Below, one piece after another: positions 28,314 to 37,407 of a DNA stretch of 64,000 nucleotides. This stretch comes from an uncultured Acidobacteriota bacterium (GTDB lineage Bacteria; Actinomycetota; Acidimicrobiia; Spongiisociales; ZC4RG35). The notes below the pieces were generated by a model that was not told the origin of the DNA, did not search any database, and saw only the letters and a program-made list of their open reading frames with translations. Each line of letters opens with the position of its first letter. Position 1 is the first letter of the stretch. Made by a program: the position numbers and the translations under genes. Where the stretch lies: the NCBI GenBank assembly GCA_963724825.1, contig CAVRWT010000008.1:6893-70892 (forward strand). The letters are read 5' to 3'.

Positions 28314-29443
28314 GCGAAACGCTCCTGCAGAACCTCCCCGGCGGCCGGAGCCGGACACGACTCACCTTGCTCCTTGTATCTCCCGCCCTGTTGGTGATCG
28401 TCCTCGCCATGGTGGCAACCATGGTCTTCCTGTTGACGAACGATGCCGGCGCCCAGGACAGTGCGAGGGCCGGTCTCGCCCGGGTTGGAGACGCCCTCGC
28501 CGTCGTCATCGTCACCGGCGACGGCGCAGCAGCCACTGTCGCGGGGACGAGAGATTTCGTCGTCGTCTGGGGGCTGCTGTTGCCGGCAGCGGCACTGGTT
28601 CCAGCTGCCGTCGCCGCATGGTTGCTGGCCGGACGGGTACTTCGCATCATCGGCCGGGCCAACTCGGAGGTGGAAACGGCAGATGAAGAACGCCGCAACC
28701 ACCTCCAGGAGATCGTGCACGAGTTGCGCACCCCACTCGCAGTCATGGGGGCGAATCTGGAGCTTGCATCCACCAAGGTCGCCGCCGAATCGGATGCCTC
28801 ACCGCATATCGGGGCAGCCCGTCGGGCGGTCGGTCGAATGGCTCGCACGGTCGATGACCTGGACGGGCACGGTCGGCTGTCGGTGGAGCAGGAGGACAGT
28901 TCGGTAGATCTCGCAAGCCTGGCCGAGGGCGCCGCGGCCGAGCATGCCGGGGTTGCACAGGCGGGTGGAATTCACATCGTCCTCACCGGAGCACCATCGA
29001 TCATGGTGCCGGCGGCGGACCCGGCAGCGGTGTCAGCGGCGATCGGAAACTTCCTGAGCAACGCCGTTCGATTCGCCCCGCGAGGATCCGCCGTAACCGT
29101 CGATTGGGGAGAGGTTGGCGATTGGGCCTGGCTCTCAGTCACCGACGAAGGGCCGGGGCTGGCGCCACACCTGCACGCTCGTGTCTTCGAGAGGGGCTGG
29201 CAAGGGCCATACGACCGGGGTCGGGGCGTGGTCAGCGGCGGAGCCGGGCTCGGGTTGACCATCGCCCGGCAACTCACAGAGGCTCAAGGCGGTGCGGTGA
29301 CCATCGAATCGGAGGAGGGCGGAGGCGCCACTCTCGCGATGTGGTTGCCGCTCGACCACGGGGCAAACCAAGACGACGTGCTGGACGCCGATCGGGTGCA
29401 CAACGCGATGCAGCCTTGGCGCAAAGATTTCCAGCCGGCTTGA
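28310..29443 (+). CDS. sensor histidine kinase
   Basis: A TTG start overlaps the regulator stop (TTGA). There are two TM segments. The H-box is IVHELRTPL and the HATPase boxes are DEGPGL and GGAGLGLTIA. Confidence 0.85.
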   Translation: MSETLLQNLPGGRSRTRLTLLLVSPALLVIVLAMVATMVFLLTNDAGAQDSARAGLARVGDALAVVIVTGDGAAATVAGTRDFVVVWGLLLPAAALVPAAVAAWLLAGRVLRIIGRANSEVETADEERRNHLQEIVHELRTPLAVMGANLELASTKVAAESDASPHIGAARRAVGRMARTVDDLDGHGRLSVEQEDSSVDLASLAEGAAAEHAGVAQAGGIHIVLTGAPSIMVPAADPAAVSAAIGNFLSNAVRFAPRGSAVTVDWGEVGDWAWLSVTDEGPGLAPHLHARVFERGWQGPYDRGRGVVSGGAGLGLTIARQLTEAQGGAVTIESEEGGGATLAMWLPLDHGANQDDVLDADRVHNAMQPWRKDFQPA

Positions 29444-29470
29444 CGGCCCCTTTAAACCGCGTTTCGTATC

Positions 29471-30685
29471 TTGCGGCGGTTTACCCCAATCGGAGGCCCC
29501 TTGACTCAGCTCGACCCAAACCCCCCGAAGCTTCGTTCGCGACGACGCTCATGGCGTGACCTTCCGGCGTCTCCGCCGGTATCGGACCTGATCGCACCCT
29601 CGACGAATACCAGCGACCAGACGGCGACCGAAGTCCAACCGTCCGTCCCTCAGGCGCCCGTCGAGGTCACCGAAAAGGCACCGAGACGCTGGATACGCGT
29701 CCTGGCGTACGTCACCTCCGCCCTGGTTCTCATCGCGGCGCTCGGTGGGTACTGGCTCGTTCGGCGCGCCGACACCACCACGACGCCGACCGTGGCCGCC
29801 GCCGAGGCAGAAGCCGGGAGCACGGAGGCGGTGGCTGCCGCCCTCAGCCCGGCCGTTGTCCACATCGAAGTCATGGGAGGTCTCGAAGCCGGCGGAGGAG
29901 TCGGCTCTGGAGTGATCTACGACACCTCTGGCCTGGTTCTCACCGCGCACCACGTCGTCTCCTTCTCTGACGAGGTCACTGTCATCACAGCCGATGGGCG
30001 CAGCTTCAACGGCCGAGTGGTCGGGCGCATCCCCGAGCGGGATCTGGCAGTCGTCGCCCTCGACGACGCATCCGATCTGGTGGCAGCAGCCATCGCCGAG
30101 CCGGGAACAGTGGAAGTCGGGGAGCCGGCCATCGCGCTGGGCAGCCCGTTTGGCTACCAACAGTCGGTCACCGCAGGCATCATCTCGGGCCTGGACCGGG
30201 AGGTGGAGACACCGATGGGAACCCTCACCGGCCTCATTCAGACCGACGCCCCGATCAACCCGGGCAACTCGGGTGGGCCGTTGGCCGACGCCGAAGCCAA
30301 GGTCATCGGAATCAACACCGCTATCGCCTCGATGTCCGGCGGCAACGACGGAGTGGGATTCGCAATTCCCATCGAGGACTTCACCTCATTGATCGATGAG
30401 GTTCAGGCCAATGGTGGGGTCGACGCCCCGACCATTCCCGCCCCGGAGGACGCTTCGAGCATGCAGGGGTTGGTTCCCGGCCTCGAGGATCTGCTCCCCG
30501 GCCTCGACGACCTGTTCGGTCCCGGAGGGGCGCAGGACCTTCAGGACCTCCCCGATCTCCAGGAGATGCTCGACGAGATGTTCGGCCCGGGTGCGATCCC
30601 GCCTGAACTGGAGCAGTTGCTCGAAGAGCTTCTGTCCATCCCCGCACCAGCTCAGACGCCCGATGAGGAGGCACCAGGAGCATGA
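29471..30685 (+). CDS. trypsin-like (S1C, HtrA/PepD-like) serine protease, membrane-anchored, without a PDZ domain
   Basis: The catalytic triad context is TAHHVV, DLAVV and GNSGGPL. There is one TM segment. The C-terminal 100 aa are an acidic Leu/Asp/Pro-rich repeat. An alternative TTG start lies at 29501 after GGAGG. Confidence 0.85.
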   Translation: MRRFTPIGGPLTQLDPNPPKLRSRRRSWRDLPASPPVSDLIAPSTNTSDQTATEVQPSVPQAPVEVTEKAPRRWIRVLAYVTSALVLIAALGGYWLVRRADTTTTPTVAAAEAEAGSTEAVAAALSPAVVHIEVMGGLEAGGGVGSGVIYDTSGLVLTAHHVVSFSDEVTVITADGRSFNGRVVGRIPERDLAVVALDDASDLVAAAIAEPGTVEVGEPAIALGSPFGYQQSVTAGIISGLDREVETPMGTLTGLIQTDAPINPGNSGGPLADAEAKVIGINTAIASMSGGNDGVGFAIPIEDFTSLIDEVQANGGVDAPTIPAPEDASSMQGLVPGLEDLLPGLDDLFGPGGAQDLQDLPDLQEMLDEMFGPGAIPPELEQLLEELLSIPAPAQTPDEEAPGA

Positions 30686-31722
30686 TCACCAACCCACTTC
30701 AACCGATCGTGGAGGTGCCGCAGTCAGACCTCCTCGCCACCCGGCTCCGTCAAGTCATGACAGAGATGAAGACTGTCATCGTCGGCCAGGACCGCGTTCT
30801 CGAGCGGGTCCTGGTGGCGCTACTGGCAGGCGGCCACTGCCTGCTCGAAGGGGTGCCCGGACTGGGCAAGACCCTGACGGTTTCAACCCTGGCCAGGACC
30901 CTCGGGGGCACCTTCACCCGAATCCAATTCACCCCGGACCTCCTGCCCTCCGACATCGTCGGCACCCGCATCTACCGGCCCTCGACTGAGGGATTCGACG
31001 TGGAACTGGGCCCGGTGTTCGCCAACTTCGTCCTCGCCGACGAGATCAACCGGGCTCCGGCCAAGGTTCAGTCGGCACTCCTCGAAGCGATGGGTGAGCG
31101 TCAAATCTCCATCGGTGGCACGACTTACCGGCTTCCCCTTCCCTTCCTGGTTCTGGCCACCCAGAACCCGATCGAGTCCGAGGGTGTCTACCCACTCCCC
31201 GAGGCGCAGCGAGATCGCTTCCTGATGAGAATCCCGGTGGACTACCCGACCGCGGTCGAGGAGCACGAGATAGTCGACCGCTCCCGGCGTCAGACGACAG
31301 CTCCTGTCGCCCTGCTCTCCACCGAGGACGTGGCGAGTCTCCAGACGGCAGCGGAATCCGTGTACGTCGACCGTTCCGTGCAGGACTACGCCATCCGGCT
31401 GGTCCTGGCCACCCGGAACCCCTCTGAGCACGGAGTGAAGATCGACGGCCTTCTCGCCTACGGGGCCAGCCCTCGGGCGAGCATCGGCTTGATCGCCGCC
31501 GGCAGGGCTCTGGCGCTGCTGAGGGGGCGAAACCATCTGCTTCCCCAGGACGTCTACGACATCGCCTACGACGTGCTCAACCACCGGCTGGTTCTTTCCT
31601 TCGACGCCGTCGCCGACGGTGTCACCGTCGACGAGGTCCTGATCGAACTGCTCACCACGGTCGTGGCGCCGCGTCTGTCGTCGTCACAGCTGATCGAGCA
31701 GCGATCCTCCGTGGGGGTCTGA
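30682..31722 (+). CDS. MoxR-family AAA+ ATPase
   Basis: Walker A is GVPGLGKT and Walker B is VLADEINRA. The ATG overlaps the protease stop (ATGA). Confidence 0.9.
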   Translation: MITNPLQPIVEVPQSDLLATRLRQVMTEMKTVIVGQDRVLERVLVALLAGGHCLLEGVPGLGKTLTVSTLARTLGGTFTRIQFTPDLLPSDIVGTRIYRPSTEGFDVELGPVFANFVLADEINRAPAKVQSALLEAMGERQISIGGTTYRLPLPFLVLATQNPIESEGVYPLPEAQRDRFLMRIPVDYPTAVEEHEIVDRSRRQTTAPVALLSTEDVASLQTAAESVYVDRSVQDYAIRLVLATRNPSEHGVKIDGLLAYGASPRASIGLIAAGRALALLRGRNHLLPQDVYDIAYDVLNHRLVLSFDAVADGVTVDEVLIELLTTVVAPRLSSSQLIEQRSSVGV

Positions 31723-31724
31723 GC

Positions 31725-32693
31725 ATGCTGGGAAGGTCCGGCCCCCCCTCCGGCGTGGAGGCGATCCCACGAGGGTCAAGGCTCACGTCACCTTCGCGAG
31801 TGCCGATCGACCGCCTCCGGATGACGGTGTTGAGGCGCCTCGACGGTCTCCTCGCCGGTGACCATGCCGGCCTGTTCCCCGGTCATGGCACCGAGCGCGG
31901 CGAAGCACGGCCCTACGTCCCCGGAGACGACCCGCGTCATATCGACTGGGCGGTCACCGCCCGCACCCATGACCCGCACGTCCGGGACATGATCGCCGAC
32001 CACGAACTCGAGGTGTGGCTCGTGCTCGACACCTCATCCAGCCTTGGCTTTGGAACGGGCCTCGCAACGAAGCACGAGGTGGCCTGGTCAGCCGCGGGGG
32101 CGTTTGCCCTGCTTGCCTCGTCGGGCGGCAACCGGGTCGGCGCGGTCCGCTCCACCATCGATGGCGGTGGATCTCGCCCCCAAATACTTCCGGCGCGTAG
32201 CGGCTCCACCCATACCGGAGCCGTGCTGGCAGCGCTCTACCGGGCACCGGTCGATGGCGAGGTCGGCGACCTCAGCGCTGCCATCGACATGGTCCGCCGA
32301 ACTGCCCGTCGCCGCGGCCTCGCCGTCGTCATCTCCGACTTTCTGGGCGAGCCGACATGGGAGCGCTCGTTGCGAGCCTTGTCACATCGCCACGAGTTGA
32401 TCGCAGTCGAAGTGGTCGATCCACGGGAGGTCGACCTGCCTGACGTCGGGCTGATTTCGGTCGTGGACCCCGAGACCGGTCGCCGTCGGCTGGTCGACAC
32501 TTCCACCCCCTCGGTCCGACGTGCATATGGCGAATTGGCCGCACACCGCCGAGCCGACATTGCGGCTCGACTCAAGAGCTGTGGCGCCGATCACCTGACG
32601 CTCACGACGGATCGTGACTGGGTGCTCGACTTCGTCCGCTTCGTTTCCGGGCGCAAAGCACGACTCATGGCCGCAGGGAGGTCCACAAGGTGA
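31725..32693 (+). CDS. DUF58 domain protein
   Basis: Its position after MoxR, the YVPGDDPRHIDW motif and its size fit DUF58. Confidence 0.85.
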   Translation: MLGRSGPPSGVEAIPRGSRLTSPSRVPIDRLRMTVLRRLDGLLAGDHAGLFPGHGTERGEARPYVPGDDPRHIDWAVTARTHDPHVRDMIADHELEVWLVLDTSSSLGFGTGLATKHEVAWSAAGAFALLASSGGNRVGAVRSTIDGGGSRPQILPARSGSTHTGAVLAALYRAPVDGEVGDLSAAIDMVRRTARRRGLAVVISDFLGEPTWERSLRALSHRHELIAVEVVDPREVDLPDVGLISVVDPETGRRRLVDTSTPSVRRAYGELAAHRRADIAARLKSCGADHLTLTTDRDWVLDFVRFVSGRKARLMAAGRSTR

Positions 32694-33286
32694 GCGATTT
32701 CGGATTCCTGGTTCCCGGCCGATTGGCCCTCCTTGTGCTCCCCATCGCCTTGGGCCTGGCCTACCTGGTCCTTCAGGCGAGACGGCGCCGCTATGCGATG
32801 CGTTTCACGACCATCGAGATGCTCGATCAGGTCGCCCCCGACCGCCCCGGATGGCGCCGCCATCTCACCGCTCTTGGTCTCGTGCTGGCAGTAGTGGTGG
32901 CGACCGTCGCCTTTGCCCGCCCGGTGATCGCTGGTGAGACCTACGAGTCGGTCCAGACCGTGGTACTGGCCATAGACGTTTCCCTCTCCATGGAGGCCGA
33001 CGATGTGTCGCCATCTCGGATCGACGCAGTCCGGGACGCCGCCGCGAGAGTTCCTCGACACCGTGCCCGAAGGTGTTTCGGTGGGGGTCGTCGCTTTCGA
33101 CGGCGAAGCACGCCAACTCATTGCTCCGACAGCACGCCTCGACGCCGTTCGCCGCGTCATCGACAACTCGATCGATCACGGCAATCTGGGAGAGGGCACC
33201 GCGATCGGAGAGGCGGTGTTCGCCGGGATCAACGCCATCGAGTCGTCGGCGCCGGACATCAAGGAGACCACTCCGGAAACGGGTGA
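32690..33286 (+). CDS. BatA-like membrane VWA protein, upstream fragment (real coding probably ends near 33040)
   Basis: The GTG overlaps the DUF58 stop (GTGA). There are two TM segments. MIDAS starts with LAIDVSLSM. After about 33040 the text becomes Arg-rich nonsense. Confidence 0.8.
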   Translation: MSDFGFLVPGRLALLVLPIALGLAYLVLQARRRRYAMRFTTIEMLDQVAPDRPGWRRHLTALGLVLAVVVATVAFARPVIAGETYESVQTVVLAIDVSLSMEADDVSPSRIDAVRDAAARVPRHRARRCFGGGRRFRRRSTPTHCSDSTPRRRSPRHRQLDRSRQSGRGHRDRRGGVRRDQRHRVVGAGHQGDHSGNG

Positions 33287-33677
33287 GTCGGTGGGGACCA
33301 TCGTGGTTCTATCCGACGGCGAGACCACGATGGGAAGGACCAACGACGAGGCTGCAACTGCGGCGCGCAACGCGAGTATCCCGGTGCACACGATCGCATT
33401 CGGCACGGACGCAGGCACCATCGTCGACCCTTACGGCGAGGTCGTCCCGGTCCCCGTCAACGAGGCCGCCCTTCAGAAATTGGCGCAGCAGACAGACGGG
33501 AAAGCACTCACCGCGGCCACCGCGGAGCAACTGAGCCAGGTGTACGAGGATCTGGGCCGCTCGGTCCAGGTGGCCACCGAGCCGATCGAGATCGCTGATT
33601 GGTTCGTCGGAGCAGCACTGGCGGTCCTGAGCCTGGCCGGCCTGGGCTCTCTGGTCTGGTTCGGCCGACTCCCCTAA
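33003..33677 (+). CDS. BatA-like membrane VWA protein, downstream fragment
   Basis: It reads REFLDTVPEGVSVGVVAFDGEA...VVLSDGETT...IPVHTIAFG, which continues the VWA fold. There is a C-terminal TM segment. Confidence 0.8.
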   Translation: MCRHLGSTQSGTPPREFLDTVPEGVSVGVVAFDGEARQLIAPTARLDAVRRVIDNSIDHGNLGEGTAIGEAVFAGINAIESSAPDIKETTPETGESVGTIVVLSDGETTMGRTNDEAATAARNASIPVHTIAFGTDAGTIVDPYGEVVPVPVNEAALQKLAQQTDGKALTAATAEQLSQVYEDLGRSVQVATEPIEIADWFVGAALAVLSLAGLGSLVWFGRLP

Positions 33678-33694
33678 GACGGATCCGACCCGCC

Positions 33695-35074
33695 TCAGGC
33701 GGCCACTCGATACAGCCGCCAACGGTCGGGGATGCCTCTCAGTTCGTGCTCCCCGGCCTCTCTGAAATGGAGGTCGCCTCCGGCCGTCAGATCCTTGACG
33801 GTCTGGGAGACCAGGATCTCCGACGCCCCGGCCTGTCCCATGACCCGGGCTCCGATCGACACTGCGAGGCCGGCGCATTTCCCGTCGACGATCTCACACT
33901 CGCCGGTGTGCACGCCGGCACGAATCTGAATCCCCAACGGGGCCAGGTCGGTCATGACATCCCGGGCGCATTCGATGGCGCGCGCCGGTCCATCGAACAC
34001 GATGTAGAAGCCGTCCCCCGCCGTGTCCTGCTCCCTTCCTCCGTGACGCTCCAGTTGCCGACGCACTATCCGGTGGTGGTTCTCGAGCAGCCGTTTCCAT
34101 TCGTGGTCACCGAGGCTGGCCTGAAGTGAGGTCGAGTCCACGATGTCGGTGAACATCACCGTGGCCAGGATTCGGTCGGTCTTGGGCACTTGGCGCTTGC
34201 CGGTTACGAACTCTTCGACCACGTCGAGGATGGAGTCGCTGTCACCGGCGATGGGGAGATGGTCCACACCTGGGAGCTCGACGTATCGAGCGCCCGTGAT
34301 CTGATCGGCTACAAATCGTGCCTGGTCACGGGGCACGATCAGGTCTCCTTCCCGATGCAGGACCAAAGTTGGGACCTGGATGGCGGGAAGCACCTCCCGG
34401 ATATCCAGATCGGTCAATATCTGGCCCAGTTCCCGATATGCCGCCGGGGTGGCCACCAGCCGCTCGAAGCGGGCCCACCACTTGACGAACCGCTCATCAT
34501 CCGCCAGCGACGGCGCCTGAACCGAGAGGTTCCTGCCCGTCCCAACCTCTCTCACAAAGCGATCGAGGAAGGAAGCTTGATCTTCGGCGCTTATTCCCGC
34601 AGGGAAGTCCGACGACGCCACCCTCTTGGCGGTCGGGGCGTACAGGATCAGGCCCTCGGTGCGCTGTGGGTGGGTTGCCGCAAAGAGCGCCGACATGCTG
34701 GCCGCCCGGGCGACACCGAACACGATCGCATCCTCGACGCCCACGGCGTCCATGACTGCACCCAGGTCGTCACGCTGTCTCTCGATGATGGGTGCCTCTG
34801 ATCCCCGGTCCGACTGGCCGATTCCTCGCATGTCGAACACGGTGAGGCGAGAGAACGATGCCATTCGACCAAGGAGGTGCTCCCAATGCGGCTCCTCCCA
34901 CATCACATCCACATTGGAAAAGAGCCCGGAGCAGAAGATCAGGTCTGGCCCTTTGCCGATCGTCTGATAGGCAATGGAGATGTCGCCACTCTTCGCGTAC
35001 CGGGTGTCGGGGAAGTCAGTCACGGAAACCGGCACAAGGTAACGCTGACCGCGGTCGAAATCTGTCACAGCCAC
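33695..35074 (-). CDS. alpha/beta hydrolase - class III adenylate/guanylate cyclase fusion protein
   Basis: The N-terminal half is a hydrolase fold. The C-terminal half reads VMFTDIVDSTSL...DTAGDGFYIVF...IRAGVHTGE. The architecture resembles M. tuberculosis Rv1900c, recalled from memory. Confidence 0.85.
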   Translation of the reverse strand: MAVTDFDRGQRYLVPVSVTDFPDTRYAKSGDISIAYQTIGKGPDLIFCSGLFSNVDVMWEEPHWEHLLGRMASFSRLTVFDMRGIGQSDRGSEAPIIERQRDDLGAVMDAVGVEDAIVFGVARAASMSALFAATHPQRTEGLILYAPTAKRVASSDFPAGISAEDQASFLDRFVREVGTGRNLSVQAPSLADDERFVKWWARFERLVATPAAYRELGQILTDLDIREVLPAIQVPTLVLHREGDLIVPRDQARFVADQITGARYVELPGVDHLPIAGDSDSILDVVEEFVTGKRQVPKTDRILATVMFTDIVDSTSLQASLGDHEWKRLLENHHRIVRRQLERHGGREQDTAGDGFYIVFDGPARAIECARDVMTDLAPLGIQIRAGVHTGECEIVDGKCAGLAVSIGARVMGQAGASEILVSQTVKDLTAGGDLHFREAGEHELRGIPDRWRLYRVAA

Positions 35075-35111
35075 CGGTCAGACTCTTGTTTGCGGCGATT
35101 CCAGGCAATTT

Positions 35112-35136
35112 CTTGTCGGCCCCGTAGGGGCCGACA
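35112..35136. promoter_or_regulatory. perfect 11-bp inverted repeat TTGTCGGCCCC-GTA-GGGGCCGACAA in a divergent intergenic region
   Basis: Read directly. It is followed by TTGACA at 35151-35156. It lies between the cyclase start (35074) and the vWA start (35240). Confidence 0.3.
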
Positions 35137-35239
35137 ACCCCGGGGGAGGGGTTGACAGCACTGCCAGCCATGCCGTATTGGTGCGGCCCGTTTGGCCGCA
35201 AGAGGAGTGGGAAGTGCCCACGGAACACAAGGAGGACCA

Positions 35240-35887
35240 ATGAAACCCGTACATATTTCGATCGTTCTGGACCGATCCGGTTCGATGTCGAGCATCGCCG
35301 ACGATGTCGTCGGCGGGTTCAACCAGTTCCTGCGCAAGCAGCGGGAGACGGAAGGCGAAGCGAGGGTCACTCTCGTCCAGTTCGACTCAGACGACCCGTT
35401 CGAACTGCTCATCGACGGAATCCCGTTGCGTGAGGTCACCGACCTCGACAGGTCCGTCTATCAACCGCGCTCTACGACGCCGCTCTACGACGCGGTCGGC
35501 CGGATGATCGTTCGGGTCGACGGTGAGATCGCCGGTCGAAGCGAGGGCGGCCTGCCCGAGGAGGACCAGGTGGTCCTGATCGTGACCGACGGTCTCGAAA
35601 ACGCCAGCACCGATTTCGACCGCTCGAAGGTCTTCGAGATGGTGTCCGACCGTCGGAAGCAGGGTTGGGTGTTCGTGTTCCTCGGTGCCGACCAGGACGT
35701 CTACGCCGAGGGGCACAAGGTCGGGGTAGCAATGGCCAATCGCGTTGGCTGGGAGAAGACGAAGGCAGGCAGCGACAAGATGTGGAAGGACGTTTCCTAC
35801 TCGACCGCCACATATCGGGAGAAGGAAGAGTTCTTGCGCCAACAGGATCGGGACCGCTTCCACGAGGAGGACCCGAACCCGGAGTGA
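35240..35887 (+). CDS. stand-alone von Willebrand factor A domain protein
   Basis: AAGGAGGA lies upstream of ATG 35240. The MIDAS motif is VLDRSGSM and TDGLEN is present. Confidence 0.8.
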   Translation: MKPVHISIVLDRSGSMSSIADDVVGGFNQFLRKQRETEGEARVTLVQFDSDDPFELLIDGIPLREVTDLDRSVYQPRSTTPLYDAVGRMIVRVDGEIAGRSEGGLPEEDQVVLIVTDGLENASTDFDRSKVFEMVSDRRKQGWVFVFLGADQDVYAEGHKVGVAMANRVGWEKTKAGSDKMWKDVSYSTATYREKEEFLRQQDRDRFHEEDPNPE

Positions 35888-35890
35888 CCT

Positions 35891-37279
35891 TCACCCTCGG
35901 CTATGGGTGTGGTCGGTTCTGACTCCGGTCGACGCCGCGAGTAGATCCAAATCCTCCCGGATGCCTCCCGCAAGGACGTCGATGTCTGGGCAGGCATCAC
36001 CGTCACCGATGACGGTGATGTTGAACTGGCCCGCATATGACATTGCACCTATTCCAAGTGAGACCTTCCCGATGAGGGGAAGCAACGGGAACACCTCGAG
36101 GACCTTGGCCCCCTCAAAGTAGAGGGGGAAGGGGGGACCGGGGAGGTCGGCTGTGGTCACATTCACGCGTTGTCGGTCGATCAGCTTGAGGAACTGGCGC
36201 CCCAGCACCCCGCGATGTGGCAGCTTGCCCAAGTGGGGCCGGCTCCTTGCCTTCCTCTCTGCGGTCTCCAACGCGATCAGCCGAAGCCTGTCGACAGGAT
36301 CCGGCACCCCTATCGGTAGGGGGACGACCATTTCAGCGATCTGATTTCCCAGGGCGTGTTCGAAGTCGCGGCGGAGTGTCACCGGCACGTAGACCCTGAT
36401 GACCGTGTCCTCGACTTCCTCTCCACGATCCTGGAGAAGATGGCGCAGACCTCCGGCGAGGACTGTCAACAGGACGTCATTGACCTTGGCGTCGCAGATG
36501 TGGGCCACCCCTTTGAACAGAGCAAGGTCGCTACGGACGAAGGCGAAGTTGCGATCCCCCCCGACCCGGCGGTCGAGACTGGTCGCAGGGAGTTGTCTCT
36601 CGGCGATTAGCTCGCGCATGGCCGGCCAACCGGCCCAGAGGCTTCGAAGCATTCTCACCGGGTGGATGAGCCCCAGCAGCCTTCGGCTCAATGTTTCGGC
36701 ACGACGTCGCCGGTGGTCGGAGCGCAGATCGTCTGGCGTCGGCTGCGGCGTCGGTTCCCAGGGTCGGGGTGCTTGCGGAACCGCGGTGGGATCCACATCG
36801 AGAAAGGCTCCAAACGTGGCCATTCCAGCCATCCCGTCGGCGATGGAGTGATGGGTTCTCATGAACAATCCGACCCGGTGATCCGGAAGTCCCGTGAGGA
36901 ACCACATTTCCCAGAGAGGTCGGGACCGGTCAAGACGTACCTTTCGCAATTGTTCGATGGTGGGGAGAAGTTGGGCCTCCCCGGCGTGTGCCGGGAGCGA
37001 AAAGACCCTCACATGCTTGTTGATGTCGAATTGGGGAGCATCGACCCACAACGGCCCTCCCAGTTCGCGGCTTGGCACCTCGAGGAGTTGACGGAACCGG
37101 GGCACTCGATCGAGGCGGCTTGCCACGGCCTCTCTCAACGCTTCGATGCGGAAGCGATTGTCGAGGTCGAACAAGTCGACTCCGTCGAGGATGGCCAGCG
37201 CGCCGATGTCTTGTGGCCAGATCTCATCCGGCCACAACATGATCTGGTCCGCCGCGGTAAGCCGCTCGATCTTGGTCAT
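35891..37279 (-). CDS. wax ester synthase / diacylglycerol acyltransferase (WS/DGAT)
   Basis: The HHSIADG active-site motif is present. Size is 462 aa from ATG 37279. Confidence 0.9.
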   Translation of the reverse strand: MTKIERLTAADQIMLWPDEIWPQDIGALAILDGVDLFDLDNRFRIEALREAVASRLDRVPRFRQLLEVPSRELGGPLWVDAPQFDINKHVRVFSLPAHAGEAQLLPTIEQLRKVRLDRSRPLWEMWFLTGLPDHRVGLFMRTHHSIADGMAGMATFGAFLDVDPTAVPQAPRPWEPTPQPTPDDLRSDHRRRRAETLSRRLLGLIHPVRMLRSLWAGWPAMRELIAERQLPATSLDRRVGGDRNFAFVRSDLALFKGVAHICDAKVNDVLLTVLAGGLRHLLQDRGEEVEDTVIRVYVPVTLRRDFEHALGNQIAEMVVPLPIGVPDPVDRLRLIALETAERKARSRPHLGKLPHRGVLGRQFLKLIDRQRVNVTTADLPGPPFPLYFEGAKVLEVFPLLPLIGKVSLGIGAMSYAGQFNITVIGDGDACPDIDVLAGGIREDLDLLAASTGVRTDHTHSRG

Positions 37280-37407
37280 CGTGGTCTCACGGAGAGCGTC
37301 GTTCGTCAGGTGGCTCGGGGCAAGGGCCTTTGGATTCAGGGGTTCGGGGCGTTCGGCACTATTGAATCTGCTGGCACAGGAGCAAGCTCGGCTTGGAGGT
37401 GTCAGCA

